Positions 36,250-46,952 of a stretch of DNA of 64,000 nt are shown piece after piece (position 1 is the first letter of the stretch; each line of letters begins with the position of its first letter). A program made the translations under genes and the position numbers. This DNA comes from Spirochaetia bacterium (GTDB lineage: Bacteria > Spirochaetota > Spirochaetia > SP-2023). The stretch is from contig CBDDCK010000004.1 of the NCBI GenBank assembly GCA_965225855.1, positions 32,001 to 96,000 on the forward strand, written 5' to 3'. The notes under the pieces are model-generated. The model did not search any database and was not told the origin of the DNA. It was given only the letters and a program-made list of their open reading frames with translations.

Positions 36250-36781
36250 AGTTCCCTCGCAATTACAATATTTATCTGCACTATTGGCCCATTGACGCTA
36301 ATAATCCCAGCGGGGTAATATAGAGCTATTGGGCAAAATTGGCAACTATTTTTTACCCTTTTTTGGTGATAGTTTCATTATTGTCATAGTTGCTAAATCG
36401 AGCTTATTAGAATAGCAAACCCAAGCCCGCCAGTTTTATCGTTCGATCCGGGACTACCCTTTGATAGGGAACTGGCATACAGATATTGAGAACAAAGCCA
36501 AAAACGAGTTTTAAAAAACATGAAAAATGGCCAAAAATATAAAGCTTGTTTTTACTAGACGAATTGCATACAGATAAGTATACTGCCACCAATCCCTTGT
36601 GGATTGCATTCTCAACTATTGCAAGCAGGTTACAATTGCTTATAGCAGAGCATATTATTGCGTCAATCTTAGCCGGTAAGCTTTAAACAAACTATGTTTT
36701 TTATAGTAGATACTTTTCTCAAATATGGCCCTTCTTCTAAACCATTTTCCAGCTAGCTGGTGAAGCCCGTTATTTAGATAC

Positions 36782-37816
36782 ATGAACGATTGTTCAAAAG
36801 AAAATACAAAAAAAGGCTCTGCTTTGTTTTCTTCATCTGATGTTTTAGAGAATCTCGGCCAATTAGAAATTGTCAATGAGCACCTAGCTTCCCTTTGTGG
36901 GCCCAATGACCATAATTTGGAAGTAATAGCTGCTTTATTTGATTGCCGAATATCTTGTATAGGGAATCAAGTGAGCCTGCACAGCCCAGATGCGGATGTA
37001 CAAAAATTATTCCAGTTATTTTTGGCAAGGCTACTATCTTATATGGAGCAGGGCATAGAAATTCAAGCCGACTTACTCGATGCCTTGTACTGTGCCATAA
37101 AAGATGAATACCAAACCGATGACTCAATGTACAATCCCAAGGATTCAGCCTTAGCCCTTAATGGTAGAACTATCCTGCCGCGAAATTATCGCCAACATCA
37201 ATTACTACAACAATTATTTCACTGCGATATTATTTTTGCGCTGGGCCCTTCCGGTACGGGCAAAACCTTTCTAGCGGTAGCCTATGGCCTTAACCAACTA
37301 CTTGCAGGCAAAACCAACCTACTATTACTTTCTCGTCCAGTTGTTGAAGCAGGGGAAAACCTAGGTTTTTTGCCAGGAGATTTTGCCCAAAAGATTGAAC
37401 CATATATGCTGCCTATCTATGATGCTATACGCTATCTCATCAAAGCAGAACAACTAGCAGCATTAGAAACCAAGAAAATGATTGAAATTGCCCCTTTAGC
37501 CTATATGCGTGGCCGAAGCCTGCGCGATGCGGTTATCATTTTGGACGAGGCTCAAAATGCAACAAAGCAACAAGTAAAAATGTTATTGACTCGCTTGGGT
37601 GAAGGTTCTAAAGCGATATTAACAGGCGACCCTAGCCAAAGTGATTTAGACAAAAAACCAGGGTCTTGTTCAGGGCTTGCCCAAACATCAAAATTTTTAG
37701 CCAAAGTAGAAGGAGTCGGCGTTCAGTATTTTCGCAACGAAGATGTGGTGCGAAGTGCTTTAGTACGCCGCATTGTAAAAGCTTACGAAGCAAATGAGAA
37801 AAAGATAAAAGGATAG
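36782..37816 (+). CDS. phoH: PhoH-family ATPase
   Basis: GPSGTGKT, RPVVEAGENLGFLPGD, AYMRGRSL, DEAQN, GDPSQSD. Confidence 0.92.
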   Translation: MNDCSKENTKKGSALFSSSDVLENLGQLEIVNEHLASLCGPNDHNLEVIAALFDCRISCIGNQVSLHSPDADVQKLFQLFLARLLSYMEQGIEIQADLLDALYCAIKDEYQTDDSMYNPKDSALALNGRTILPRNYRQHQLLQQLFHCDIIFALGPSGTGKTFLAVAYGLNQLLAGKTNLLLLSRPVVEAGENLGFLPGDFAQKIEPYMLPIYDAIRYLIKAEQLAALETKKMIEIAPLAYMRGRSLRDAVIILDEAQNATKQQVKMLLTRLGEGSKAILTGDPSQSDLDKKPGSCSGLAQTSKFLAKVEGVGVQYFRNEDVVRSALVRRIVKAYEANEKKIKG

Positions 37817-37827
37817 GAGCCAAAATT

Positions 37828-38373
37828 TTGGAACAAGTCCATATCTTTGTACAAATTGATGATGCAAGTATCCCTGAATTGGAACAGTGTGCAAAAACGA
37901 TCAACTCAAATTTAACCGAGCTTTCGCAACAATGCCACAAAATGCTGGAAGAATTGTTTGGCAAAATATTTCAAGATAGCGAGTTTCAAGCTTTGCTGAA
38001 CAAAGAAGGGCTAGCTCAAACAAAAGTATTCGAGTCTAGCTGGGAAATAACTTTGCTACTTTGTTCAGATATTCGCATGGCCCAATGGAATAACCAGTTT
38101 CGCAATTTAAACGAAACTACCGATATCTTGTCTTTTCCATCGCAAGAGCCGTATGGCGGAGATTTATTATTGTCATTAGATTCTTGGCAAGAAAATTGCC
38201 GAGAATTTGGCTGTGATTTGGTTGAAGAATTGAGGCGTTTACTATTACATGGTCTATTGCATTTAGCTGGTCTCGATCACTATCCAGACGAAGAACCCGA
38301 GAGCCCAAGGAGCCTTATGTTATTATATCAAGAAAACTTACTGAAACAGTATATAGAGAGTTATATTGTATGA
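37828..38373 (+). CDS. ybeY: rRNA maturation RNase YbeY
   Basis: TDILSF, HGLLHLAGLDH. Confidence 0.92.
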   Translation: MEQVHIFVQIDDASIPELEQCAKTINSNLTELSQQCHKMLEELFGKIFQDSEFQALLNKEGLAQTKVFESSWEITLLLCSDIRMAQWNNQFRNLNETTDILSFPSQEPYGGDLLLSLDSWQENCREFGCDLVEELRRLLLHGLLHLAGLDHYPDEEPESPRSLMLLYQENLLKQYIESYIV

Positions 38374-39296
38374 GAATATTTGGGAAACGCAGCAGAAAAA
38401 ATGACGATGAGGAACTTTATAGTCAAAACAACCTCAAGCATCGAATCTGGTTTGGCCGAAGAAAGCAAGATGAAAAAAAGGGAAATGATGGGTCTGGTTT
38501 GACAGAAAATACCCAGCGGATTCTCGATGGCGTGCGTAGTTTACAAGAGATTAGTGCCAAGGAATTGATGATTCCCAGAGTAGATGTTGATTTCCTAGAC
38601 AAAAATAGCAGTGTGGAAGAATTGGAATTGGCATTGACCCGCTCTAACCATTCCCGATTTCCAGTGTACGAAGATACGACCGACAGAATTATTGGTATCC
38701 TTTATGCTAAAGATTTGATACCTTACTGGGTCGAAAAGAAATTATTTGATGTTGCAGAAACTTGTCGCAAACCATATTTTGTGCCCGAGAGCATGAAGGT
38801 TGATGCCCTGCTAGCCGAATTTCAGTACCGCCATGTTCATATTGCGATGGTAGTCGATGAGTATGGCGGCATATCGGGAATTATCTGCTTGGAAGATATT
38901 TTAGAAGAGATTGTTGGTGATATTCAAGACGAATTTGATGAAGAAATTGAAAAGATTATTACTTTAGAAGAAGGCGTTTATGTTTGTGATGCCCGCTTAA
39001 ATATCACTAACTTGAATGAAGAACTGAATATAGATTTACCTACCGATGATTGTGATACTGTGGGTGGTTTTGTTTTCTCTCATTTGGGCAAAATCCCTAG
39101 CCTCTATGAAAAAATTCACTACAAAAATATTCAGTTTGTCGTTCAGAAATTGGAGGGACACCGCATTGAATCCATTAAAATTATCCTTTCAGGGGGAACG
39201 ATTACGGCAAACCAATCAACAGATTCGGCAAAATTTGCCAAATCTAACAAACTTACAAAATCTAGCGGAGAATTGGAGAGTATCTCTTCATCATAA
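38370..39296 (+). CDS. CBS-pair/CorC (hemolysin C-like) protein
   Basis: MIPRVD, HSRFPVY, VVDEYGG, EDILEEIVGDIQDEFD, CorC_HlyC C-terminus. Confidence 0.88.
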   Translation: MRIFGKRSRKNDDEELYSQNNLKHRIWFGRRKQDEKKGNDGSGLTENTQRILDGVRSLQEISAKELMIPRVDVDFLDKNSSVEELELALTRSNHSRFPVYEDTTDRIIGILYAKDLIPYWVEKKLFDVAETCRKPYFVPESMKVDALLAEFQYRHVHIAMVVDEYGGISGIICLEDILEEIVGDIQDEFDEEIEKIITLEEGVYVCDARLNITNLNEELNIDLPTDDCDTVGGFVFSHLGKIPSLYEKIHYKNIQFVVQKLEGHRIESIKIILSGGTITANQSTDSAKFAKSNKLTKSSGELESISSS

Positions 39297-39303
39297 TTTA
39301 TTT

Positions 39304-41340
39304 ATGCATTTGAAATTGATTTTTAAATTATCTAGCTTTTTATTCAGCTTGTTGCTACATAGCTTTTTCAATATAATGCTGATAGCCCAAACCGGTAGAA
39401 CCGGTGGCGATCAGCATTATAATATAGACGAAGCCCGTGCAGAAGAGCTGGAGCAGAAAACACTTTTTTACGATGCGATTGAAATCTGGCAGCGTGTTTT
39501 AAATAAAAGCCCAAATAACAGTCGAGCCTATTTTGGAATTGCTCGCGGTTACATGCGTTTAGGGCACTACAAGCAAGCTTTGGACTTTGTGGAAAAAGCT
39601 TTATTGCTGGCCAACCAGAACTACCAAATCGGCATCTTGAAAAGTCGCGTTCAAATGGGTCTTGAGCAATATGAAAAAGCCAAAGCCACACTACTGGAAT
39701 TAAAAGAAAAACATTCTAATTATCAAATAGATTTAGCTTTGTCTGAACTTTTTGCTGTTTTGGGAGATTTAGCTACCAGCGTAAAATATCTGAATGCAAT
39801 TAAAGAATTTGCCAGTGAAGATTTAAATTTTCAATTAACTTCGCTGATGATTTACGAAGAAGCCGGTAAAATTGACACTGCCAATACTTATTTGCAAAAA
39901 GCCTTAGATGCCTACTATAATGAGCCTGTAGTGCATAAGTTAGCCGCAGCTTATTATTTGCGCCGGGGGCTTTACGACAAAATTCAGCAAGAAATTGATA
40001 TTCTGAAATCTTTGGGAATTGATACTGAAGAATTGAATTTGCTCAATTTGGAAGCAGCTTACTTAAACGGCGATTACGAACTAGCCAGTAATTTGGCAAA
40101 AGCACTGCTCGAAACCTATCCTAAAAATGCCAAAGCATGGTATATGCTAGGTCTATCTTACAGCAATGCAGGAAACATGGAAAAGGCCCTAGATGCCTTG
40201 AACACTGCTAGACGCATTACACCGAATGATGAATTGATAAAAATTGTAATTGCGGATATACTTCGTAAAAAATATAATTACCCTTCCCAATGGCATAAAA
40301 AAGAAGCGATGTACTATATTGCTAATGCTGTAAAAAAACACGATGATTTACTATATGAAGAGGCTTTGCAAAATTATCGCTTCGCTTTACAGATCGATCC
40401 TTTGAATAGCGAAAATTGGATGGCCTTTGCTTCTGTGTTTCGAGATAGGGGAAATTATGCCAAATATTTGGATAAACTGTATTCTTGGAAAGAATTTTAT
40501 GTTAAAAAAGGAGACTCATCTCCAGAGCTTGAAGGACTGATACGCCTTTATGAAGCTTCAACCCCGCAAAGCGTTGCCTATAAATGGGGTATAGAACAAT
40601 TTTTCTACCATAACAATTTCTACCCAATACAGTTTTTTGTTATTCAGGGGAGTAGTCGTCATGTTGAAATTGCTGGTGAACTTGGTTCGCATTTCATCAA
40701 TATTTTACAATGGTATGAGCAGCCTTTTGTCATCGATGAAGTAAAAAATGTTTTTGATGATTTGGAAGCTCAAAAACTAGCATACAATAATAGAAATAAC
40801 AGTGATTATTATATTATTTTAAATTTTACAAAATCGATAAATGGCAGTTTTCGTTTTGAATTTGACTTGTATTTGAGTGCTACGGGGAAGCATATCAAAC
40901 AATATGTTATTGAACGAGTTTCTAATGGCAACATCTATCGTTCTTTTGTCTCTTTGGCAAAACAATTAAATCAGCTATTCCCACAAAAAGCTAGAATCAT
41001 CAAAGCAAAAGTAAATCGCGCGGTAATGAGCTTGGGTAGTTTAGACGGAATCAAGAAAGGCCAAGAATGGCTAATCCTATCGAATACCGATGGATACTTT
41101 GGTGAATATAAAAATAGCGATGTGATTGGGATTTTAACGGTAGATGCCGTTGACGAGAAAGTGAGCGAAGGCACGGTAAAGTTGCGCTCTTTGGTAAACC
41201 GAGTGCAAACAGATTACATTGTTTTGCCGTCACAACCAAAAGAAGAAGTTGCAGAACAAGTAGCGCCAAAGAATACGATCGTATTGCAAGAGCCAAATAT
41301 CGATTTAAAAATGCGTTTGTTTGAGCTGGATAATAGATAA
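39304..41340 (+). CDS. Exported TPR-repeat protein
   Basis: Hydrophobic leader from ATG 39304 (preferred over 39046, which overlaps the previous gene); multiple TPRs. Confidence 0.8.
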   Translation: MHLKLIFKLSSFLFSLLLHSFFNIMLIAQTGRTGGDQHYNIDEARAEELEQKTLFYDAIEIWQRVLNKSPNNSRAYFGIARGYMRLGHYKQALDFVEKALLLANQNYQIGILKSRVQMGLEQYEKAKATLLELKEKHSNYQIDLALSELFAVLGDLATSVKYLNAIKEFASEDLNFQLTSLMIYEEAGKIDTANTYLQKALDAYYNEPVVHKLAAAYYLRRGLYDKIQQEIDILKSLGIDTEELNLLNLEAAYLNGDYELASNLAKALLETYPKNAKAWYMLGLSYSNAGNMEKALDALNTARRITPNDELIKIVIADILRKKYNYPSQWHKKEAMYYIANAVKKHDDLLYEEALQNYRFALQIDPLNSENWMAFASVFRDRGNYAKYLDKLYSWKEFYVKKGDSSPELEGLIRLYEASTPQSVAYKWGIEQFFYHNNFYPIQFFVIQGSSRHVEIAGELGSHFINILQWYEQPFVIDEVKNVFDDLEAQKLAYNNRNNSDYYIILNFTKSINGSFRFEFDLYLSATGKHIKQYVIERVSNGNIYRSFVSLAKQLNQLFPQKARIIKAKVNRAVMSLGSLDGIKKGQEWLILSNTDGYFGEYKNSDVIGILTVDAVDEKVSEGTVKLRSLVNRVQTDYIVLPSQPKEEVAEQVAPKNTIVLQEPNIDLKMRLFELDNR

Positions 41341-41362
41341 ACAGAGAGGTGAAAATTAAGTA

Positions 41363-42397
41363 TCAATAGCTGCGGAATTGCTGTAGAAAAGCCAAATTGC
41401 CACTGTGAAAATGACGTATATCATTGATGCGGTAGCGCATCATCACTAAACGGTCTAAGCCTAAGCCAAAAGCAAAACCACGATAGTGTCTAGCATCAAT
41501 ACCACCATACTCTAAAACTTTGGGATGGACCATACCACAGGGGAGTAATTCCAGCCAACCGCTGCGCTTGCAAACTGAACAGCCCTCACCTTCGCAAACA
41601 AGGCAAATAGTATCCAGTTCAAAACCGGGCTCAACAAAAGGAAAATAACCAGGACGCAAACGAATTTTTACTTGCTTTTGAAAAATCTCGCTCAATAATT
41701 GTTTCATAAAATAAATTAAATGGGATACAGAAATATCTTCGGCAACCATCATTCCTTCCATTTGATGGAACACAGCTTCATGGGAAGCATCGATGGCTTC
41801 ACAACGAAAAACCTTGCCGGGCGCAACAAATTGAAACGGTGGCTGCTCGGCTTCCATTCCGCGCACTTGAATGCTAGAGGTATGGGTACGCAACAAATGC
41901 TTCATATCTTGAAACCAGAATGTATCTTGCATGTCGCGGGCAGGGTGATTCTGTGGAATATTTAAAGCTTCAAAATTGTGATAGTCGTCTTCAACATGTG
42001 GCCCATCTAAAATTTGGAAGCCCATAGACAAAAAAATATCTTCAAGTTCCTGCTGAACAAAACTGATAGGGTGCATGGCCCCACTCAATTCGCCCCAATA
42101 TTCTTCGCTAAGGCTATAGTCAAACCAATCTTGTTTTAGCTTGCTGTCGAGCTCGCTGTACTCAACTTGTTGTTGTTTGCGTTTGATCTGTTCTTCAAAA
42201 AGTACTTTCAGCTTATTACTCTTTTGACCCACAGCCTTTTTTTCTTCTAAACTCAATTCTTTTAGGTTTTGAGTCAGGGCACGCAATTTCCCTTTTTTGC
42301 CCAAATACGCCGCTTTTAGCTGGGAAAGCGCAGCCGTATTAAGCTCTGTTTGGGCCAAATCTTGTTGAAATTCTTGCTCTAATACATAAATATTCAT
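41363..42397 (-). CDS. pheS: Phenylalanyl-tRNA synthetase alpha subunit (bacterial type)
   Basis: YLGKKG N-terminal coil, NFEALN...HPARDMQDTF, LRTHTS, FHQMEG, YFPFVEP, GFAFGLGLDR. Confidence 0.96.
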   Translation of the reverse strand: MNIYVLEQEFQQDLAQTELNTAALSQLKAAYLGKKGKLRALTQNLKELSLEEKKAVGQKSNKLKVLFEEQIKRKQQQVEYSELDSKLKQDWFDYSLSEEYWGELSGAMHPISFVQQELEDIFLSMGFQILDGPHVEDDYHNFEALNIPQNHPARDMQDTFWFQDMKHLLRTHTSSIQVRGMEAEQPPFQFVAPGKVFRCEAIDASHEAVFHQMEGMMVAEDISVSHLIYFMKQLLSEIFQKQVKIRLRPGYFPFVEPGFELDTICLVCEGEGCSVCKRSGWLELLPCGMVHPKVLEYGGIDARHYRGFAFGLGLDRLVMMRYRINDIRHFHSGNLAFLQQFRSY

Positions 42398-42485
42398 GGA
42401 ATTTCCTTTCTAACCAGCGAGATTCTACCAGCATCGCCCAAAAAAGTGAATAGACTTAACAGACGGAAGACAAGGAAATTTGCAT

Positions 42486-42524
42486 AAAAAAAGGCCCAAT
42501 ATCAATACTAATAATTGGGCCTTT
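42486..42524 (-). terminator. Intrinsic terminator after groES
   Basis: AAAGGCCCAAT...ATTGGGCCTTT stem with T-run on the minus strand. Confidence 0.7.
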
Positions 42525-42545
42525 AGAATCAATTACTGTTTATCT

Positions 42546-42809
42546 TTAGCTAATGATAGCAATAATATCATCATTTTTGACAATCAAATGCTCAGCACCT
42601 TCGATTTTCACAGAAGAGCCTGCGTACTTATCGTACATCACTTTTTGCCCAGCTTTAACAACAATGTCTTTGTCTTCGCCTATGGCAACGACAGTGCCTG
42701 TTTGCGTTTTTTCTTGGGCGGTATCGGGGATATAGAGCCCAGAAGCAGTTTTTGTTTCAGCTTCTTGAATTTTAATCAGCACACGGCTACCAAGTGGTTC
42801 TAAAGCCAT
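42546..42809 (-). CDS. groES: Co-chaperonin GroES
   Basis: [32 protein letters not shown] 42809 with AAGGAG RBS. Confidence 0.95.
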   Translation of the reverse strand: MALEPLGSRVLIKIQEAETKTASGLYIPDTAQEKTQTGTVVAIGEDKDIVVKAGQKVMYDKYAGSSVKIEGAEHLIVKNDDIIAIIS

Positions 42810-42940
42810 AAATGTCTCCTTCACTTTAAAAGTTTGTTTACTTGTTTTAGTATGGTGAATATAGCTATAAGTGCTAGCAAACGTCAAGGAAAAATTTTAT
42901 CAGTGTATACACACGCACCGATGTTTTTGCCAAAACAAGC

Positions 42941-44224
42941 TTGACCTGTACCAAAAATACTATTATTTTTGCTATCCAAAAAATGCACATGGGGATATAT
43001 GTTTTGGGAGGTTTTAATAACAAAACACCAATAGCAATTGCAACCATATTTATACTGAGCTGTATTGTTTATAGTCTGTTCGTTTATGCCCCTATTCGTC
43101 AAAGTAGCCAAAATTTTGTGCAAGGGCGTTCGGAAGATTCGCTAAAGGTTTTTGCTACGTTTAGTATTGTTAAGGGCGTAATTGAAGCTGCCAAAGCAAT
43201 ACCGAAAATCAACATTCTGGCAAAACGAATTGAGCCTGTAGAACAAATTGTCGATATGTTGTGGTACTTTAGTTTGCTTTCCTATATATTCAATCAAATT
43301 TTAGACTTTTATATTTCTACTGGTTCTATTTTTACGCTGTCAATATTTGCCATTATCATTTACCAACTATTAAAAATAGTGTACTTGTGGAAAAATTGGC
43401 AAATCATGGCGGGAATATTGGATACCCCTATATTTCGGCTAGTCTATAGAGGGGCTTTATTGTTTGCTTTGATCTTGCCGTTATATATTTTTATTAGCGT
43501 GAATACCTACCAATGGTTCGATCAAGAATTTGTTGCACCTGAATATAAAGCTATTGTTTTAATGTTTTCCGAGGTGGAAGCTGTAGAAAAGAGCATTGAC
43601 AATAAAGAAAAGCTCCGCCAAACTCAATTGAAAAAACTAGAGCTAGATATACAAAATCAAAAATCCAAACTAGCTGAAATGACGAGCCAAATGGACACAT
43701 TACAAACCAAAATACAGCCTCTTAAAGCCGAGCGCTGGTTTTTTCAACGGTGGTTTTCATTTGGGGAGAGTAAGGAAGAACAAAAGTTAGCTAGCGAATA
43801 TGATTTGGTTGCAGAACGAGCAGAAAAACTACAGCAAAGCATTGAGAGTGCTGAAAAAAATTTGGCAACGATACAGAGCAAGGGCTGGTGGGGATTATGG
43901 AATAGAACAAAAGATTACGTAACCCAAAGTATAGATTATTCTGTAGCCTATACTAAGGGGTTTATGCTCCTTATGGGCAGTGAGGGTAGGCAAAGGCTAC
44001 GCAACTATGCCCTCAATAGCATTGCTTTATTTGTAATCTACTTTGCGGTATTTCCCATCGCCTTGCTCTTGGTGGTGCGCAGTTTGTTCGAAAACAATGA
44101 GTCGCAAGAGATAAGACTATTGCTCCAAGAATTAAAACTCTTGCGCTTGCAATCCACAGTGAAGGATATTAAAGCTACTCCGCAGCTACCAAGCAATAAG
44201 TTAGAAGACAAGCAGACAGAATAG
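42941..44224 (+). CDS. Hypothetical multi-pass membrane protein with coiled-coil segment
   Basis: Several hydrophobic segments flanking a heptad-rich region; start uncertain. Confidence 0.7.
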   Translation: MTCTKNTIIFAIQKMHMGIYVLGGFNNKTPIAIATIFILSCIVYSLFVYAPIRQSSQNFVQGRSEDSLKVFATFSIVKGVIEAAKAIPKINILAKRIEPVEQIVDMLWYFSLLSYIFNQILDFYISTGSIFTLSIFAIIIYQLLKIVYLWKNWQIMAGILDTPIFRLVYRGALLFALILPLYIFISVNTYQWFDQEFVAPEYKAIVLMFSEVEAVEKSIDNKEKLRQTQLKKLELDIQNQKSKLAEMTSQMDTLQTKIQPLKAERWFFQRWFSFGESKEEQKLASEYDLVAERAEKLQQSIESAEKNLATIQSKGWWGLWNRTKDYVTQSIDYSVAYTKGFMLLMGSEGRQRLRNYALNSIALFVIYFAVFPIALLLVVRSLFENNESQEIRLLLQELKLLRLQSTVKDIKATPQLPSNKLEDKQTE

Positions 44225-44363
44225 TGAAAGTAAACAGCAAACATTGCTAAGAAAGTAAATCACAAAATCTTATTTTCTGCTGGCTTATTTGTTAGAATGT
44301 GGCTCTTCAGGGGGTAAAGCTAAAGATAAAACAATAAAGCACAATCAAGCAGGAGGATAATCA

Positions 44364-45497
44364 ATGGCGAAAAAGGCAGCCGTACAGGGGGTAACCAACC
44401 TGGAATCCACGGAAGAAAAGAACAAAGCCCTGGGGGTTGTTTTAGAGCAAATCGAAAAACAATATGGCAAGGGCTCGCTTATGCGCATGAGCGAAGACCA
44501 AAAACTGGAAGTAGAGGTGGTCCCTAGTGGGTCCATTTTGTTAGATGAGGCTCTGGGGGTCGGGGGCTACCCCAAAGGCCGAATTATTGAAGTGTATGGC
44601 CCCGAGTCCTCGGGTAAAACCACTTTGACTTTACATGCCATTGCAGAGTGTCAAAAGCAGGGGGGCACCGCTGCTTTTATTGATGCAGAGCACGCTCTCG
44701 ACCCACAGTATGCTAAAAAGCTGGGGGTAAAAATTGAGGAGCTGTGGGTTTCTCAACCCGATAGCGGTGAGCAAGCTTTGGAAATAGCCGATACCTTGGT
44801 GCGCTCTGGGGCTGTGGACATTGTGGTGGTGGACTCGGTGGCGGCTTTAACTCCTAGTGCCGAGATTACCGGCGAAATGGGTGATTCCCATGTAGGCCTG
44901 CAAGCTCGATTGATGAGCCAAGCCTTGCGCAAATTGACCGCCAATATATCAAAGTCTGGCTGCATTGTGTTCTTTATCAACCAAATCCGCATGAAGATTG
45001 GTGTAGTGTTCGGCAGTCCAGAGACTACAGCAGGCGGTAATGCCCTGAAATTCTATTGTTCTGTACGCTTGGACGTGCGGCGTATTGAAACCCTTTCCAA
45101 GGGTGCCGATGATGCTTATGGCAATCGGGTGCGCGTCAAAGTGGTAAAGAATAAAGTGGCCCCGCCCTTCCGCAAGTGTGAGTTTGATATTATCTTTGGC
45201 AAGGGTATTTCCACTCAAGGGTGTTTGGTCGATGCTGCGCTGAAGTGTGAACTCATCAAAAAGAGCGGTAGCTGGTTTTCCCGCATCACAGCTAGCGGGG
45301 AAGAGAAGATCGGCCAAGGTCGGGACAATGTAATAGCATTCCTAGACCAGAACCCACAGATAGCTAATGAACTAGAAACGGCTGTACGGTTGCAACTGTT
45401 TGGAGAAGAGCAACCAGAGGCAAAAGCCCCTGAAAAGCCTGAAAAGAAGAGTGCCGATAAAAAAGCTACAGAAAAGCCTAAAGCGGGCTTGCTATAG
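44364..45497 (+). CDS. recA: Recombinase RecA
   Basis: [52 protein letters not shown]. Confidence 0.98.
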   Translation: MAKKAAVQGVTNLESTEEKNKALGVVLEQIEKQYGKGSLMRMSEDQKLEVEVVPSGSILLDEALGVGGYPKGRIIEVYGPESSGKTTLTLHAIAECQKQGGTAAFIDAEHALDPQYAKKLGVKIEELWVSQPDSGEQALEIADTLVRSGAVDIVVVDSVAALTPSAEITGEMGDSHVGLQARLMSQALRKLTANISKSGCIVFFINQIRMKIGVVFGSPETTAGGNALKFYCSVRLDVRRIETLSKGADDAYGNRVRVKVVKNKVAPPFRKCEFDIIFGKGISTQGCLVDAALKCELIKKSGSWFSRITASGEEKIGQGRDNVIAFLDQNPQIANELETAVRLQLFGEEQPEAKAPEKPEKKSADKKATEKPKAGLL

Positions 45498-45850
45498 TGA
45501 TTAGCCTCTAGCCAAGTTGCTATCAAACCTTCTACCCAAGGAAAATTATAGCACAAAGGGCTAGCCCAAACTACGGACTAAGGCTAACCCTTTCGATTAA
45601 AAGCCAACAAATACCATTCAAGCTATACAGTAGCTATCTTAGAACGAACCACACAGTAATATCCAAACTACAAGTAATTCTCTGGACGGGCGATAAGAAT
45701 AGATATTATAGAGCCTAACGAATAAAAGAGTACCAATTGGATAAACTTTCAAAGCTGTAAGCCATTTTTACCTATTGCTAACAAAAAGTCTAGACATAGC
45801 TAGCCCTTTATGCTATCGTTTGGCCCAGAACAAATGCACATTGTGTAGAG

Positions 45851-46025
45851 GAGGATTGGACGTCCATGCATCGGGCTGTTATCAGTGGCCTTAAGAAAGA
45901 GTGAAAGTGCTACTAAAAGCAGGTGCCGATATTAATGCCAAAAGTAGCGATGGCCTTAGCTGCCTAGGCGTGGCTTTAGAAAGAGGGCAGCACAAGATAG
46001 TAGAGTATCTGTGTTCGAAAGGGGG
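45851..46025 (+). pseudogene. Ankyrin-repeat gene remnant (frameshifted)
   Basis: EDWTSMHRAVISGLKKE* then, in another frame, VKVLLKAGADINAKSSDGLSCLGVALERGQHKIVEYLCSKG. Confidence 0.7.
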
Positions 46026-46111
46026 CCCAGTAGCCCCAACTTCAAATCACTTAACAACCAGGGGCCAGCTTAGGCCCCAGCAAAATAAAACAAATGAAAA
46101 CAGGAGCTTTT

Positions 46112-46822
46112 ATGTTGCAATACCATTTACGTCCAGCCCATTTGCAAGGGCTAGACGACAAATACCTAGCGCAGGCAGAAAATGTCCACAGCTACGAGCT
46201 AGAAGAAATTCTACAGTTGATGAACAAAGAGGAGTCTGTACTCAATCCTGGCTTGAGTCGCCTAGCCTTGTCTACTTTTACCAAAGTGATGGCCGGTATT
46301 GTGGAAGAGGGTGGGGCAATCAACTTGCCGTTTTTCAAGATGTACCCCACCATTACGGGTACTTTTGACTCGCCCGAAACGCCATTTACCCAAGGTGAGC
46401 ATCAGGTGCAGATGAGTCTCAACTTAAGCAAAGAACTGCAAGAGGTACTGCCCAATGTCAAGGTGCAGAAAGAAATCTTTACGCCCAGCTTGCCCATAAT
46501 TAACAAAATACTGGATACGAGCAGTGGCAGCAAAAACGGCAATATTAGCGCAGGTGGTGCGATAAAAATTAGTGGTTCGCGCCTGAAAATAAAAGGCAGC
46601 GACTCGAACAACGGTGTCTACTTTGTGGCTGAAGATGGTAGCAACCAAACCAAAGTAACTACTGCTCTTATCCAGAACCGCCCTAGTGAGATCATTGTGA
46701 ATGTACCTAACTTCAATGTGGGGGATAAATACACTCTTAAAGTGGTAACCCAATATAGCGGTTCTAGCATGTTGAAGAATCCGCGGACTGGCACATCAAA
46801 TATTGTATTGACAGTAATTTAG
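46112..46822 (+). CDS. HU-like DNA-binding domain + DUF4469 Ig-like domain protein
   Basis: GGAINLPFFKMYPTITGTF, GGAIKISGSRLKI, GVYFV, NRPSEIIV, LKVVTQYSG...PR; AGGAG RBS before ATG 46112. Confidence 0.75.
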   Translation: MLQYHLRPAHLQGLDDKYLAQAENVHSYELEEILQLMNKEESVLNPGLSRLALSTFTKVMAGIVEEGGAINLPFFKMYPTITGTFDSPETPFTQGEHQVQMSLNLSKELQEVLPNVKVQKEIFTPSLPIINKILDTSSGSKNGNISAGGAIKISGSRLKIKGSDSNNGVYFVAEDGSNQTKVTTALIQNRPSEIIVNVPNFNVGDKYTLKVVTQYSGSSMLKNPRTGTSNIVLTVI

Positions 46823-46841
46823 CATTTCTAGCTTGGGCTGT

Positions 46842-46869
46842 GATACTCTTATAGGCCTATAAGAGTATC
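46842..46869. terminator. 28-bp perfect palindrome between convergent genes
   Basis: GATACTCTTATAGG|CCTATAAGAGTATC. Confidence 0.6.
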
Positions 46870-46952
46870 TTTGGACGGCCTATGAGAGTTTTACTGTATT
46901 CCTTAGCTGATCTATAGCGTATGGCTTGTGAGAGGTACATACTAATAACTGG

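Noticed and set aside
42546..42809. groES without groEL as an anomaly
   Set aside because: Separate groES and groEL are normal in Treponema/Borrelia-type spirochaetes.
45901..46368. 155-aa ORF as an intact gene
   Set aside because: Only the first ~40 aa are ankyrin-like; the rest is read-through overlapping the DUF4469 gene in another frame.
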